64,000 nucleotides of DNA, from the NCBI GenBank assembly GCA_947501605.1, contig CANMWZ010000004.1, positions 128,001 through 192,000 of the forward strand, in the 5' to 3' direction. Made by a program: the position numbers and the translations under genes. The notes under the pieces were generated by a model. It ran no database searches. It was not told the DNA's origin and saw only the letters and a list, made by a program, of their open reading frames with translations. The stretch comes from Planctomycetota bacterium. GTDB taxonomy: Bacteria > Planctomycetota > UBA1135 > UBA2386. Of the stretch, positions 29,115 through 38,330 are shown piece by piece. Each line of letters starts with the position of its first letter. The stretch's first letter is position 1.

Positions 29115-30311
29115 TCAGTGACCGGTGACGACGATCTGCTGCACTTCGGTCAGCGCGAACCCGGTTGGGTCGGCGGCGCACGTCCAGAAGGCCTGGGCGT
29201 AGACCGGGCCGATGCCTGGCGGCAGGAAGTTCAGGGGCAGGCCCCAGCCGGCATTGCCGAGCCCGTCGGTGAAGGCGAAGAACGTCTGGATCGTCGGCGA
29301 GCCGAGGAAGAGGCCCAGACCGCAGCCACTGAAGTTGATGACCGGCAAGGCCGGGTTGTAGATGTTGTCGAACGCCATCAGCGTCGGCGTGAACGGCGGG
29401 GCGTTGCCAAGCAACAGCCCAAAGCCACCTTGGCCGCTGGCCATGGGGGCACGCACGGACCAGCGCGGAATGAACGCGCCACAGTTGCACGACGTCGGCT
29501 GGTTCTTGGCCGGGCGGGGCAGGAAGGCGAGTCCCGTTGGGAACGCAGTGGCGGTTGGCATCGGCAACGCCGCGGCAAAGGTGACGTCGATGGCTAGAGG
29601 ACCAGCGATCACGTAGATGCCGCGCACGCCGGCGGCGTTGGGCATGGCGGTCTTGTCGATCGCGACGTCGCCGGCAATGCCGGGGAGGATCATCGGGCCG
29701 ACCGGCGGTGCCACGGGGAAACCGCCGAGCGCGAACTGGTAGACCATTCCAGGGGCATCGACCGCGAGCAACGTGCCGGTGATCGAGTCATAGTCGAGAC
29801 CGGTCAGTGGGCCGGTGGGGAAGGCGAGGCCGAACGGGGGCACGACGACGGGCGTTCCGGGTACAGGCGTGACGCCGAGGATGAGGCCAGCGGGGCCGCA
29901 CAGGAACATCACGTTCGCAATCGGATTGAGAGCGATGCCGGTCACCGCACCGCCAATCGCCGCGAGCACCGCTGGGGCGATCACAAACGGCGGGATGGCG
30001 GGCCCAGCCAGCGGGAAGCTCGGCGACGGCATCGAGGCGAGGATGTTGCCGTTGCAGTACCAGATCTGGTTGGTGAGGCCGTTGTAGGTGGCATCGCCCG
30101 GTGGCACGAGGGCCACGCCGAACGGCGGCAGCGGCAACGCGATGGGGTAAATGGGCGCCGGGGGCACCGGGCCAAACACCATGATCGAGGGCAGTTGCAC
30201 CTCGGTCATGGTGCCCGTGCCGCCGGGGGCCGGGTCGTAGCAAACCAAGTGCTGCGCGAAGAGGGGCGCGCTGCACGCGAACAGCGCCAGGGTGAGTGGG
30301 AGGGAACGCAT
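29115..30311 (-). CDS. Secreted Pro-rich beta-propeller-like protein with lineage C-terminal domain
   Basis: Signal peptide MRSLPLTLALFACSAPLFAQ. Blade-like TGIALNP and TGLDYDS. C-terminal SGC...G.A.W.LP...VYAQAF. Confidence 0.7.
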   Translation of the reverse strand: MRSLPLTLALFACSAPLFAQHLVCYDPAPGGTGTMTEVQLPSIMVFGPVPPAPIYPIALPLPPFGVALVPPGDATYNGLTNQIWYCNGNILASMPSPSFPLAGPAIPPFVIAPAVLAAIGGAVTGIALNPIANVMFLCGPAGLILGVTPVPGTPVVVPPFGLAFPTGPLTGLDYDSITGTLLAVDAPGMVYQFALGGFPVAPPVGPMILPGIAGDVAIDKTAMPNAAGVRGIYVIAGPLAIDVTFAAALPMPTATAFPTGLAFLPRPAKNQPTSCNCGAFIPRWSVRAPMASGQGGFGLLLGNAPPFTPTLMAFDNIYNPALPVINFSGCGLGLFLGSPTIQTFFAFTDGLGNAGWGLPLNFLPPGIGPVYAQAFWTCAADPTGFALTEVQQIVVTGH

Positions 30312-30479
30312 CGATGTGCTCAAGGAAAGGGAATGGGAAGGGGGACCGCTCCGTGGAGAGCCAAACGGGTCGCCAGCGCACGCGCGGGGCGAAGATATTT
30401 TTTTGCCGCCCCTCCTGGGCGCCCACGACGCCGTCGACGACGGCGCGTGTCGGTGCTAAGCCAGGGGCTCCTTCCCACC

Positions 30480-31502
30480 GTGAACGACCGCCCCGTACCT
30501 CCTCCGGCCTTCGAGGCCGCCACCGACCAGCGGGTGCGCCGCCGCGCCGCCCAGATCTCACTGGCCGTCGCGATCCTGCTGCTGGTGGTCAAGTTCGAGG
30601 CCTTTGTGCTGACCGGCTCGACGGCGGTGCTGTCCGACGCACTGGAGTCGATCGTCAACGTGCTGGCCGCCGCGTTCGCGGTCGCCGGCCTCTGGTTCGC
30701 CGGCCTGCCAGCGGATCGCAACCATCCCTACGGCCACGGCAAGATCGAGTTCTTTGCTGCCGCGTTCGAAGGCGGGCTCATCGCCTTTGCCGCGCTGCTC
30801 ATCTTGTGGGAATCGTCCGACGCGCTGCTGCACGGCAACGAACTGCGTCAACTCGACACCGGCATCCTGCTGGTCGCCGCCGCCGGCGCGGGCAATGGGC
30901 TGCTCGGCGTGTTCTTGCTGCGCACCGGCCGACGCTACCGATCCCTGACGCTCGTTGCCGACGGACAGCATGTGTTGTCGGACTTCTGGACCAGCGTCGG
31001 CCTCGTCGTCGGACTCTTGCTGGTGCGCCTCACCGGCCTTTCGTGGATCGATCCGTTGGCAGCCATGGCGGTCGCCGTCGTGCTGTTGGTGACCGGTGCC
31101 AAGCTCGTGCGCACGGCCGCCGGCGGGCTGCTCGACGAAGAGGACCCTCAACTCGTCGAACGCGTGGTCACCATGATGGACCAGCAGTTCGGCAACGGCG
31201 TCATCCGCTTGCACCACCTGCGGGCGATCCGCGCCGGCCGCGTTCCGCATATCAGCGCGCACCTCGTGGTGCCGGAGTTCTTCACGGTCGAACGCGCCCA
31301 CGAACTTGCCGAGCGCGTCGCGGCGGCGGTGCAGAAGCAGTTGGGGGAAGGCGAATTGGTCTTCCACACCGATCCGTGCCACCGGGCCTACTGTCGGATG
31401 TGCGATGTCGAATCATGCTCGGTACGGAGGCAGGCGTTCTCGGGCCCGGTGACGCTCACCGTCGAAGAAGCCGTGACGCCCGATCGCGATGCGATGACCT
31501 GA
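30480..31502 (+). CDS. Cation diffusion facilitator family transporter (FieF-like)
   Basis: SDALESIVN, PADRNHPYGHGKIEF, HVLSD, IDP. Cys-rich tail HTDPC...C..C....C. Confidence 0.9.
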   Translation: MNDRPVPPPAFEAATDQRVRRRAAQISLAVAILLLVVKFEAFVLTGSTAVLSDALESIVNVLAAAFAVAGLWFAGLPADRNHPYGHGKIEFFAAAFEGGLIAFAALLILWESSDALLHGNELRQLDTGILLVAAAGAGNGLLGVFLLRTGRRYRSLTLVADGQHVLSDFWTSVGLVVGLLLVRLTGLSWIDPLAAMAVAVVLLVTGAKLVRTAAGGLLDEEDPQLVERVVTMMDQQFGNGVIRLHHLRAIRAGRVPHISAHLVVPEFFTVERAHELAERVAAAVQKQLGEGELVFHTDPCHRAYCRMCDVESCSVRRQAFSGPVTLTVEEAVTPDRDAMT

Positions 31503-31520
31503 GGCGGTGGGCCTCGCTCC

Positions 31521-32657
31521 TCACACTGCGGCAGCTGCCGCGTAGATCGCCAAGTGCCGCTCGACCAACTGCTCGAGCCGAAACCCCTGGTCGATGCGCA
31601 GTGGCCCGCCAGCGCCGAGTCGCTGTCGCAAGCCTTCATCGCGGTGGATGCGATCGATCGCAGCGGCCAGTGCGACGATGTCCTCTGCCGGCACCAGCAG
31701 CCCGCACTGTTCGTGTTGGACCATTTCACCGAGCCCGCCGACTTTGGAGGCAATGACCGGCCGGCCGGCTCCGAGTGCTTCGAGCGCCGCCACCCCGAGT
31801 CCCTCGGCTCGCGACGGCAACACGAACGCATCGCATGCCAACAGCAAATCGCCGGCGTCTGTTCGGCGCCCGAGGAAGCGCACGAGATCGCCGAGGCCGA
31901 GATCGCGGGCCAGTTGCTGCAGCGGCAGCAACTCCGGTCCATCGCCGCCGATCAGCAGAGCGAGGCCGTCGGTGGCGCCGCGTTGGCGCAGCGAGCCGAG
32001 GGCTCGCAGCAACACGTCGACGCCCTTGCGATGCGTCAGCACCGCCAGCACCAGCAGGGCCACCGTGTGGTCTGCGAGGCCGAGTTCGGCGCGCATGGCC
32101 GTTCGGCTCCTAGTCGTCGCGATGCGCTCGTCGTCGAGCGCTTCCCAGACGATGGCGATGCGTTCCCTCGGCACGCCGCCGGCTTGCAGGCAGTGCGCCA
32201 CGGCCGGCGAGATCGCGACGACCGCGCGGGCGGACTTCTGGTAGGCAAACCAGGTGCGGAAGCCGCGCTTCACCTTGCGGTCCATGCGGCGAGTGATGAC
32301 CACCGGGCAACGAGCGAAGTGGGCGCCGAGACTGCCGAGCCACGCGGCGCGACCGGTGTGCAGGTGCGCGATTCCCGCGGTCTGGAACACGCGCGCAAGG
32401 CGCCACGCCGACACGAGGTCGAACGAGTTGCGCATCGCGATCTCGTGGACTTCGAAGCCGCGTTCGCGGGCCAGCCGCGCCGATTCGCTGCCCTTGGGTG
32501 CTACCAGGGATTGCGCGATTCCGCGGCGCCGCAGGCCCTCCATGAGCAAGAACACTTGGACTTCGCCGCCCGAGAAGCCGTGCTCGGTGTCGACGTGCAC
32601 AATCGGGCCGCGCAGCCGCGGCGGAGTGGTGGTCGGCGTCGGCGAGGCGGTGGTCAT
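31521..32657 (-). CDS. GT4 glycosyltransferase
   Basis: HVDTEHGFSGGEVQV, PSRAEGLGVAALEA, VIASKVGG. Confidence 0.88.
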   Translation of the reverse strand: MTTASPTPTTTPPRLRGPIVHVDTEHGFSGGEVQVFLLMEGLRRRGIAQSLVAPKGSESARLARERGFEVHEIAMRNSFDLVSAWRLARVFQTAGIAHLHTGRAAWLGSLGAHFARCPVVITRRMDRKVKRGFRTWFAYQKSARAVVAISPAVAHCLQAGGVPRERIAIVWEALDDERIATTRSRTAMRAELGLADHTVALLVLAVLTHRKGVDVLLRALGSLRQRGATDGLALLIGGDGPELLPLQQLARDLGLGDLVRFLGRRTDAGDLLLACDAFVLPSRAEGLGVAALEALGAGRPVIASKVGGLGEMVQHEQCGLLVPAEDIVALAAAIDRIHRDEGLRQRLGAGGPLRIDQGFRLEQLVERHLAIYAAAAAV

Positions 32658-32695
32658 CGAGACGTGGTCGGCGCCTCTGAGCCTAGTGCGGGATT

Positions 32696-32858
32696 CACTA
32701 GTTCGCACTCAATGTCGCCGGTCCTGCCTCTCGGGTGCTGGCTTGCCGATCCGCAATGCTCCCAACTGCACCCCGTGTCGTCGCGGCGCCTTGCCCGCGA
32801 CGCCCCTGACTCGCCGATATGGCGTGCAGACTTCGGCGGCCACCAACTCGAACTGGTG
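32696..32858. repeat. Interspersed ~160-bp intergenic repeat, copy B, with terminal inverted repeats
   Basis: Ends CACTAGTTCG ... CGAACTGGTG (9/10 inverted match). Homologous to 10266-10425. Confidence 0.68.
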
Positions 32859-33002
32859 GCGCCAACGTGCCAGCGGCTGCTGCTGGTCCCGATGACCGCT
32901 GGCGGCCTCGCAGGCAGCACGGCCGTGACTTCGCCCCGCGCGCAGACCGATTGGGAACACAGATCGAAGGCGCGACCTGGCAGCCGTCGCGAGCGTGCGC
33001 GA

Positions 33003-34883
33003 TCACGCGAGGCCCCAGGCCGAGCGGTAGGCGCCGTGCGCTTGCAAGTGGTCGATCAGCGAGCAGAGCCCTGGGTGTGCGGCGAGCGTGGCGCTGTCGC
33101 CGACGACGCAGAGGTGACGGCGGGCGCGCGTCAGAGCTACGTTCAAGCGCCGTAGCTCGGCCAGGAAGCCCACCTCGCCGCGGTCGTTGCTGCGCACCAG
33201 CGACAGCACCACGGCTTCTTTCTCGCGGCCCTGCAGACCATCCACTGTGCCGATCTCGAGGCCGTGGTGGCCGCCGAGGCGATCGCGCAACAGTCGCACT
33301 TGCGCCGAGTACGGCGTGATGACGGCGATGTGGTCGCCGCGCACGCCAGCCTCGAGCAGCTGGCCCACGAGCGCGGCTACGACCGCGGCTTCGCCGGGAT
33401 TGTGGCGACTGCCATCGTCCGGCCCTTGCGTTTCGTCGAAGCCGCAGCCGGCAGTGTCGACGAACAACAGCGGCGTCTCGGTCAGTTCGGTCTGCATCAC
33501 GTCCGGCAGGTGGTGCAAGAGGTGCGCCGCCACCGCGGCGGCTGGTTGCAGGGCGCCGCCGTAAAACGTCGCCGCCGACCACGCCTGGATCTTCGCGTGC
33601 ATGCGGTACTGAGTCGTCAACATGCGGGCGACGACCGGGCCCAAGGGCGGCGCCGCCAGGCGTTCGAACAGCGTCAACGCCAAGCCGTCCGCCGCGGCAT
33701 CGGCGGATTGCACGGTTGGTGGCAACTGACAGTGGTCGCCGGCGAGCACCGCCTTCCGGCCGCGCAGCAGCGGTAGCCAGGTCGCGGCTTCCAAGGCCTG
33801 CGCGGCCTCGTCGACGACCGCGAGATCGAAGGTGCGCCCCTGCAGCAGTGGGTCACCAGCGCCGGTCGTCGTCGCCAGCACCACGTCGGCGGTATCCAGC
33901 AGCCCCTGAACGATCGCGTTCTCCAGTGTGCGTTGTTCGTTGCGCAGCTGCTTCTGCTCGGCGCGCAACTCGAAGCGTCCGCTTTTCGAGGCGCGCAGCC
34001 AGCGACGATGCACGTCGTGCAGTTGGCGGCGCACATCGCGCAGCAGCTTCTGCTCGGGTGCGTTCTGCACTTGCACCGCGAGCACGTGCTCGACGATGGC
34101 CGGGAGCACGCGGATTGGTTGGCCGATGCGCGTGATGCGGAGCCCCTTTTGGATCAGCCGCTCGGCAAGGTAGTCGACCGCGACATTGCTCGGTGCGCAC
34201 GCCAGCACCGACTCGCCGCGGGCCACGGCTTGGCGGATCACTTCGACCACCGCCGTGGTCTTGCCGGTGCCCGGTGGTCCGTGGATCAGCGCGATCTGTT
34301 CGGCCCCGAGTGCGTGCTCGACGGCGGCGCGCTGGCTCGGGTCGAGCGCTTCATCGAACGGTAGCGGCATCCGCAGGTTGGTCGCGAACTGCGCGTCGCG
34401 GCGAAGGAAGCAGGCGTCGACGAGGCGCTGGGTCTCCTTGTCGGCGGGAGCTCGCAATCGCTGCAGCGCTTCGTGCATGCGGCGGAACGTGATGTCGGGC
34501 ACGAGCCGGCGCAGGCGAACCACCGGCGGCAGCTCGAGATCGTCGGCATCGTCGATCGCAACCGTGATGCGGTCGCCGCGAACCTGAGCGATGACTCCCG
34601 ACCGCGCGTGCTCGTGTTCGCCGCCATCGACCGCGACGACGTCGCCGGGGGTGAATCGGTGCGGACCAAAGCTGCCGCCGCGACTTGGCTGCAGCACCGC
34701 GTGCAGGGCCCCGCCGAGTCCTGGCTCGAGGTCGATGACTTCGAGACGGCGCAGCAGCACGCCGGCCTGTTCCAGTTCGGCCTCACTGCGGGTCGCCAGC
34801 ATGCGCTCGACGTGAGCGAGTTCCTCGGCGCGTTCCTGACGGAGCAACTGCTGGTGGCGGGCGACAAAGGCGTCGAGGTCCAA
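33003..34883 (-). CDS. IGHMBP2/Upf1-like superfamily 1 helicase (start TTG 34883 or ATG 35021)
   Basis: HGPPGTGKT, CAPSNVAVD, DEAAQ, GDHCQLPP, QYRMH, VDGLQGREKE, RRLNVALTRAR. Confidence 0.92.
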   Translation of the reverse strand: MDLDAFVARHQQLLRQERAEELAHVERMLATRSEAELEQAGVLLRRLEVIDLEPGLGGALHAVLQPSRGGSFGPHRFTPGDVVAVDGGEHEHARSGVIAQVRGDRITVAIDDADDLELPPVVRLRRLVPDITFRRMHEALQRLRAPADKETQRLVDACFLRRDAQFATNLRMPLPFDEALDPSQRAAVEHALGAEQIALIHGPPGTGKTTAVVEVIRQAVARGESVLACAPSNVAVDYLAERLIQKGLRITRIGQPIRVLPAIVEHVLAVQVQNAPEQKLLRDVRRQLHDVHRRWLRASKSGRFELRAEQKQLRNEQRTLENAIVQGLLDTADVVLATTTGAGDPLLQGRTFDLAVVDEAAQALEAATWLPLLRGRKAVLAGDHCQLPPTVQSADAAADGLALTLFERLAAPPLGPVVARMLTTQYRMHAKIQAWSAATFYGGALQPAAAVAAHLLHHLPDVMQTELTETPLLFVDTAGCGFDETQGPDDGSRHNPGEAAVVAALVGQLLEAGVRGDHIAVITPYSAQVRLLRDRLGGHHGLEIGTVDGLQGREKEAVVLSLVRSNDRGEVGFLAELRRLNVALTRARRHLCVVGDSATLAAHPGLCSLIDHLQAHGAYRSAWGLA

Positions 34884-35108
34884 GGCAGCACCTTGGCCGC
34901 GGCGCGGGCTCAGGTCAATGCGCGTTCGGGGCGGTCGGTGCCAGGTCTGCGCCTTGCCGCCCAGGGCGGCTCGATCGTCGGGCGCGGACTGTCCCGAGGC
35001 TGCACCATGACCCAGGGTCATTGCCGAGAACGGCAGGAAGGGGGAACATCCTGCGGCCCTCGGGTAGGTCCATCTCCCTGGATCGCCCGCTCCGTCCCTG
35101 CTTCCACC

Positions 35109-36209
35109 ATGCGTTTCCTCCCTCTCGTCGGCGTCCTTGCCGCATGCAGCTTCTTGCCGGCGCAGACCGCGGCCTTCAGCACCTACGGCGCCGGCTGTTA
35201 CAGCCAGCGTGCCAGCTTCTTCGAGGTCTTTCCGACCAACGCCTTCGACCTGTCGGGGACCACGGCCAATCCGCGCGGTTATTCGATGATCAACATTGGG
35301 CAGGGCTGGCTCGTGTTGCCATTGCTCAGTGGCTGGCGCACGCCGTCGGCGGCGGCCCAAGTCGTGACGCTCCTGGATGACTCGGTCTCGCCGCCGTTGG
35401 CGTTTGGCTTCACGATGCCCTACCCGGGGGGGACGACGGACAGCGTGTGGGCCAGTTCGAACGGGTTCTGCTACCTCGCCTCGGACTCGAGCAACGGTTG
35501 CTGCAGTGGCGATGCGGCGCAGATGCTCGCAGGCGCGCCGCGCATCGCCGGCTTGTGGATGGATCTCAACCCTGCGGCCGGCGGCCAGATCACTTTGGAT
35601 CGCGACACGCAGAACGGCGGCGTTGCCTACTTGACCTACAGCGGTGTGCCCGAGTTTGGCGCCAGTGGCTCGCTGACCTTCCAGGTCGCCTTCTATTCGT
35701 TTGGCCAGATCGACGTGCTCTACGGCCCCTGCATGAACGCCGGCCACACCGCGCTCTCTGGCTGGAGCCCTGGTCGCGGCGTCGCCAGCCCCGGCGCAAT
35801 GAACCTGTCGGCCCTGCTGCAAAACGTCATCATCACCGGCCCGGACCAAGATCCGTTGGTGTTGTCGAGCACCGGGCGTCCGCGCCTTGGCACATCGATG
35901 CCCGTGGCGATCACCAACGTGCCGAACACGTCGCCGTTCGTCTGGATTGCCGTCGGTTCGACCCAGTATCCAAACGGCGTCGACCTCGGCGCCATCGGCA
36001 TGTCTGGCTGCGTGCAGTACGCGAGCTTCGAAAACGCGTTCGGGGCGCCGACCGTGGGGGCGACGGCGACGTGGCAGCTCGGGGTCCCCAACGCCACCGG
36101 GCTGATCGGTCAGCGCGCCTACCTTCAGGCACTGGCAATGGCCCCTGATCTGAACAGTCTGGGTCTGATCGTCTCCAACGCCGCGAACCTGCTGGTGGGC
36201 ACGCTCTGA
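35109..36209 (+). CDS. Secreted protein (NIDO-like N-terminal region plus lineage C-terminal domain)
   Basis: Signal peptide. FSTYGAGC, DD...FGFTMPY, SSNGF, IAGLWMDLNP. C-terminal DLGAIGMSGC...LGVPN...AYLQAL...GLIVSN. Confidence 0.72.
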   Translation: MRFLPLVGVLAACSFLPAQTAAFSTYGAGCYSQRASFFEVFPTNAFDLSGTTANPRGYSMINIGQGWLVLPLLSGWRTPSAAAQVVTLLDDSVSPPLAFGFTMPYPGGTTDSVWASSNGFCYLASDSSNGCCSGDAAQMLAGAPRIAGLWMDLNPAAGGQITLDRDTQNGGVAYLTYSGVPEFGASGSLTFQVAFYSFGQIDVLYGPCMNAGHTALSGWSPGRGVASPGAMNLSALLQNVIITGPDQDPLVLSSTGRPRLGTSMPVAITNVPNTSPFVWIAVGSTQYPNGVDLGAIGMSGCVQYASFENAFGAPTVGATATWQLGVPNATGLIGQRAYLQALAMAPDLNSLGLIVSNAANLLVGTL

Positions 36210-36258
36210 GCCGCGAGCATTCGCTGGCCGCAAAGCGATCGGGCTCCTGGCGCGGTGA

Positions 36259-36561
36259 TCAGGACGGGTCTTGGTCGATCACTTCGTAGAGACCCTGCCC
36301 GATGGCCTTCAAGCGGCCTTTCTGTTCGAGCGCCTGCCACACTTCCGGCGGGTACTGATCGGGCGGCCGCACCCCGACGATGCCCGAGCGCCCGCCCTTG
36401 CTCATCGGATCGTGGCCAAGTCGCGACTCGTCGTCGAGGCGCGTGACCTTGAGCCGCTTCTTCAGCGCCTTCATCGCGCGCTGCAGCGTCTCCTTGGTGA
36501 ACGTGCCATCGGGGTTCCGTTCGACGATGTTGGGATTGGGCTGTCCGGGTTGGTTGGTCAC
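36259..36561 (-). CDS. Small conserved basic hypothetical protein (planctomycete-type)
   Basis: LQRAMKALKKRLKVTRLDDESRLG...SGIVGVRPP.QYP..VW..L...GRLK. Good codon bias. Confidence 0.75.
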   Translation of the reverse strand: MTNQPGQPNPNIVERNPDGTFTKETLQRAMKALKKRLKVTRLDDESRLGHDPMSKGGRSGIVGVRPPDQYPPEVWQALEQKGRLKAIGQGLYEVIDQDPS

Positions 36562-36610
36562 AACTCGATCATCGCGCGTGGTCTGTCCCGTGGCTAGGCT
36601 GCGCCAACCG

Positions 36611-37579
36611 ATGGGTCGCTCGCTACCTCTCTTCTTGCCGTTGGCGGTCGCGAGTTCCGTCGCGGCGCAGACGATCGACCAGATTCGCGACGAGGTCCGG
36701 AACTTGGCTTCGGCCGAGCGCTACTCGCTCTTCGTTGCCTCGATCGGCAGTTTGCTGCGCGACGGCGAGATGACAGGCGGCAAGTTTCAGATCGACTCCG
36801 AGCCGAGTTCGGAGGTCACGCGCATCGGTCTGCCGATCCAGAAGAACTGGTTTGGTCCGAAGGACGGCGACTCGCTGCGTTTTGAAGGCACTCTGGGCTA
36901 CAGCGACCTGTCGCTTGCTGTTCCCGACATCTGGTCGGGAGCCCTCCCTGGTCAAGAGACGCGGGTGACCACTGACTTCGCGGCCTGGACCGTCGATGTC
37001 GGTATCGGTCCAAGCGTGGCTTTGGGCGGTGGCTACCTCGGCCAGGTCCTCGTGCACGGAGGCCTGGGCTACCTCTCGAACGATGCCGAGTATTCGGGGC
37101 CTGGGGCGGCGATCACCCGATCGCTCCTCGATGGCATCCTGTTCAACTGGGACGGGCTCTATGGTGTCTATGGCGCGTCGGCCGCAGTGCGCAACCTGGA
37201 CCGGCACGCTGGCTCGGCGGAAGTCCGACCGATGTTGCGCTACGACGTGCGCCAGACCGAGAGCCTCGACGTGGATGACGTGGCGCTGAATGCCAGCGAC
37301 TCGACGCAATGGATGACAGCGCGATGTGACGTGCGCGCCTCGCTCGGCGTGGATCTGGCTGGCAAGCCGCTGCACTCGCTCGCGGGCGTCGGGTATCGAC
37401 GTTGGCTCGGCAGTGCACAGCGAGAGCTCGAGTTCGTCGACTTCTATGAGGTCACAGGGGGGCTCGACTGGGATTCCGCGCCGGTGGCGGACGTGTTCGG
37501 TACGGTCCGTGTCACAGCCTCGCTGTTGCTTGGCGAGGATATCCACGGCTGGTCGGTGGGCGGCAGCGCGTCGTTCTGA
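36611..37579 (+). CDS. Solitary autotransporter-like outer-membrane beta-barrel protein
   Basis: Signal peptide, alternating amphipathic strands, C-terminal GWSVGGSASF. Confidence 0.65.
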   Translation: MGRSLPLFLPLAVASSVAAQTIDQIRDEVRNLASAERYSLFVASIGSLLRDGEMTGGKFQIDSEPSSEVTRIGLPIQKNWFGPKDGDSLRFEGTLGYSDLSLAVPDIWSGALPGQETRVTTDFAAWTVDVGIGPSVALGGGYLGQVLVHGGLGYLSNDAEYSGPGAAITRSLLDGILFNWDGLYGVYGASAAVRNLDRHAGSAEVRPMLRYDVRQTESLDVDDVALNASDSTQWMTARCDVRASLGVDLAGKPLHSLAGVGYRRWLGSAQRELEFVDFYEVTGGLDWDSAPVADVFGTVRVTASLLLGEDIHGWSVGGSASF

Positions 37580-38330
37580 AGCGCACAGACGGCGAAGGCG
37601 CGTGCCGCTACGACGGTCAGACCTTCACCGCGTTCGTCAGTGTGGTGGAGTTGTGTTGCGGAGTTGTGTGGCGGATTGACGCGCAACCAAATGCACGACA
37701 CCCACGCGGGAAGGGACCTCCGGGTCCTGTGGTGGCCTGTCGGGCTGCTATGGAAACGGCGTCGTCCGCATCAGGCGCGACCGGCCCTTTCGATCGTGAA
37801 CGAGCAACGCCAGCTTCACGTACGGGTCGCTCACGTTGCCGCTCCTCGACCTCGCCTTCGCTCCTCGGCCTCGCTCTCCGGCTTGTTGGGAAACCACTTC
37901 TAGCGCCTCCAACGGCCTCATCTCTGGCGCTTGCGCAACAGGGTCGTGCCGCCCTGCAACCGGTCTTCAGCCGGATGCTGCGAGGGCGCGCGATGCGTCA
38001 TCATCGAGCCCGCGCGAGCTCGATCCGGCATGCCCGTCGCCGTTCACACTGGGTCGCATGGACCGTCTCTACGCCTGCGGTCCAATCGTCTCTACGCCCA
38101 TTGACGAGGAGGAATCGGCAGATCAGCTACGCCTTCCTGCTAGGGCGCTATATCCCCAGTGAGTAGGAGTGCCCGATTTCTTGAGCGGGATCCGGGAATT
38201 CTTCGAGAGGGCTCAATCCCGCTCCTTGGACGCGACGATCAGGCGGCGTCGGGCGTGCGCGGCCTCGCCGCGAAATCTCGCCGAAGACAGGATGGCAAGC
38301 AGAGGACCCAGTTGGGTCATCGAGTGCGAT

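Noticed and set aside
35022..36233. Apparent 400-aa N-terminal extension of the helicase (1076-aa ORF)
   Set aside because: It is antisense to the real secreted-protein gene 35109-36209, and helicase similarity starts near 34883.
38213..38241. sigma28 promoter for the che operon (TCAA...GACGATCA)
   Set aside because: The spacer is 17 nt rather than ~15 and both boxes are imperfect.
37580..38330. Small ORFs in the gap before cheA (37642-38166, 37836-38162)
   Set aside because: They have no recognisable motifs or codon bias; treated as non-coding or decayed sequence.
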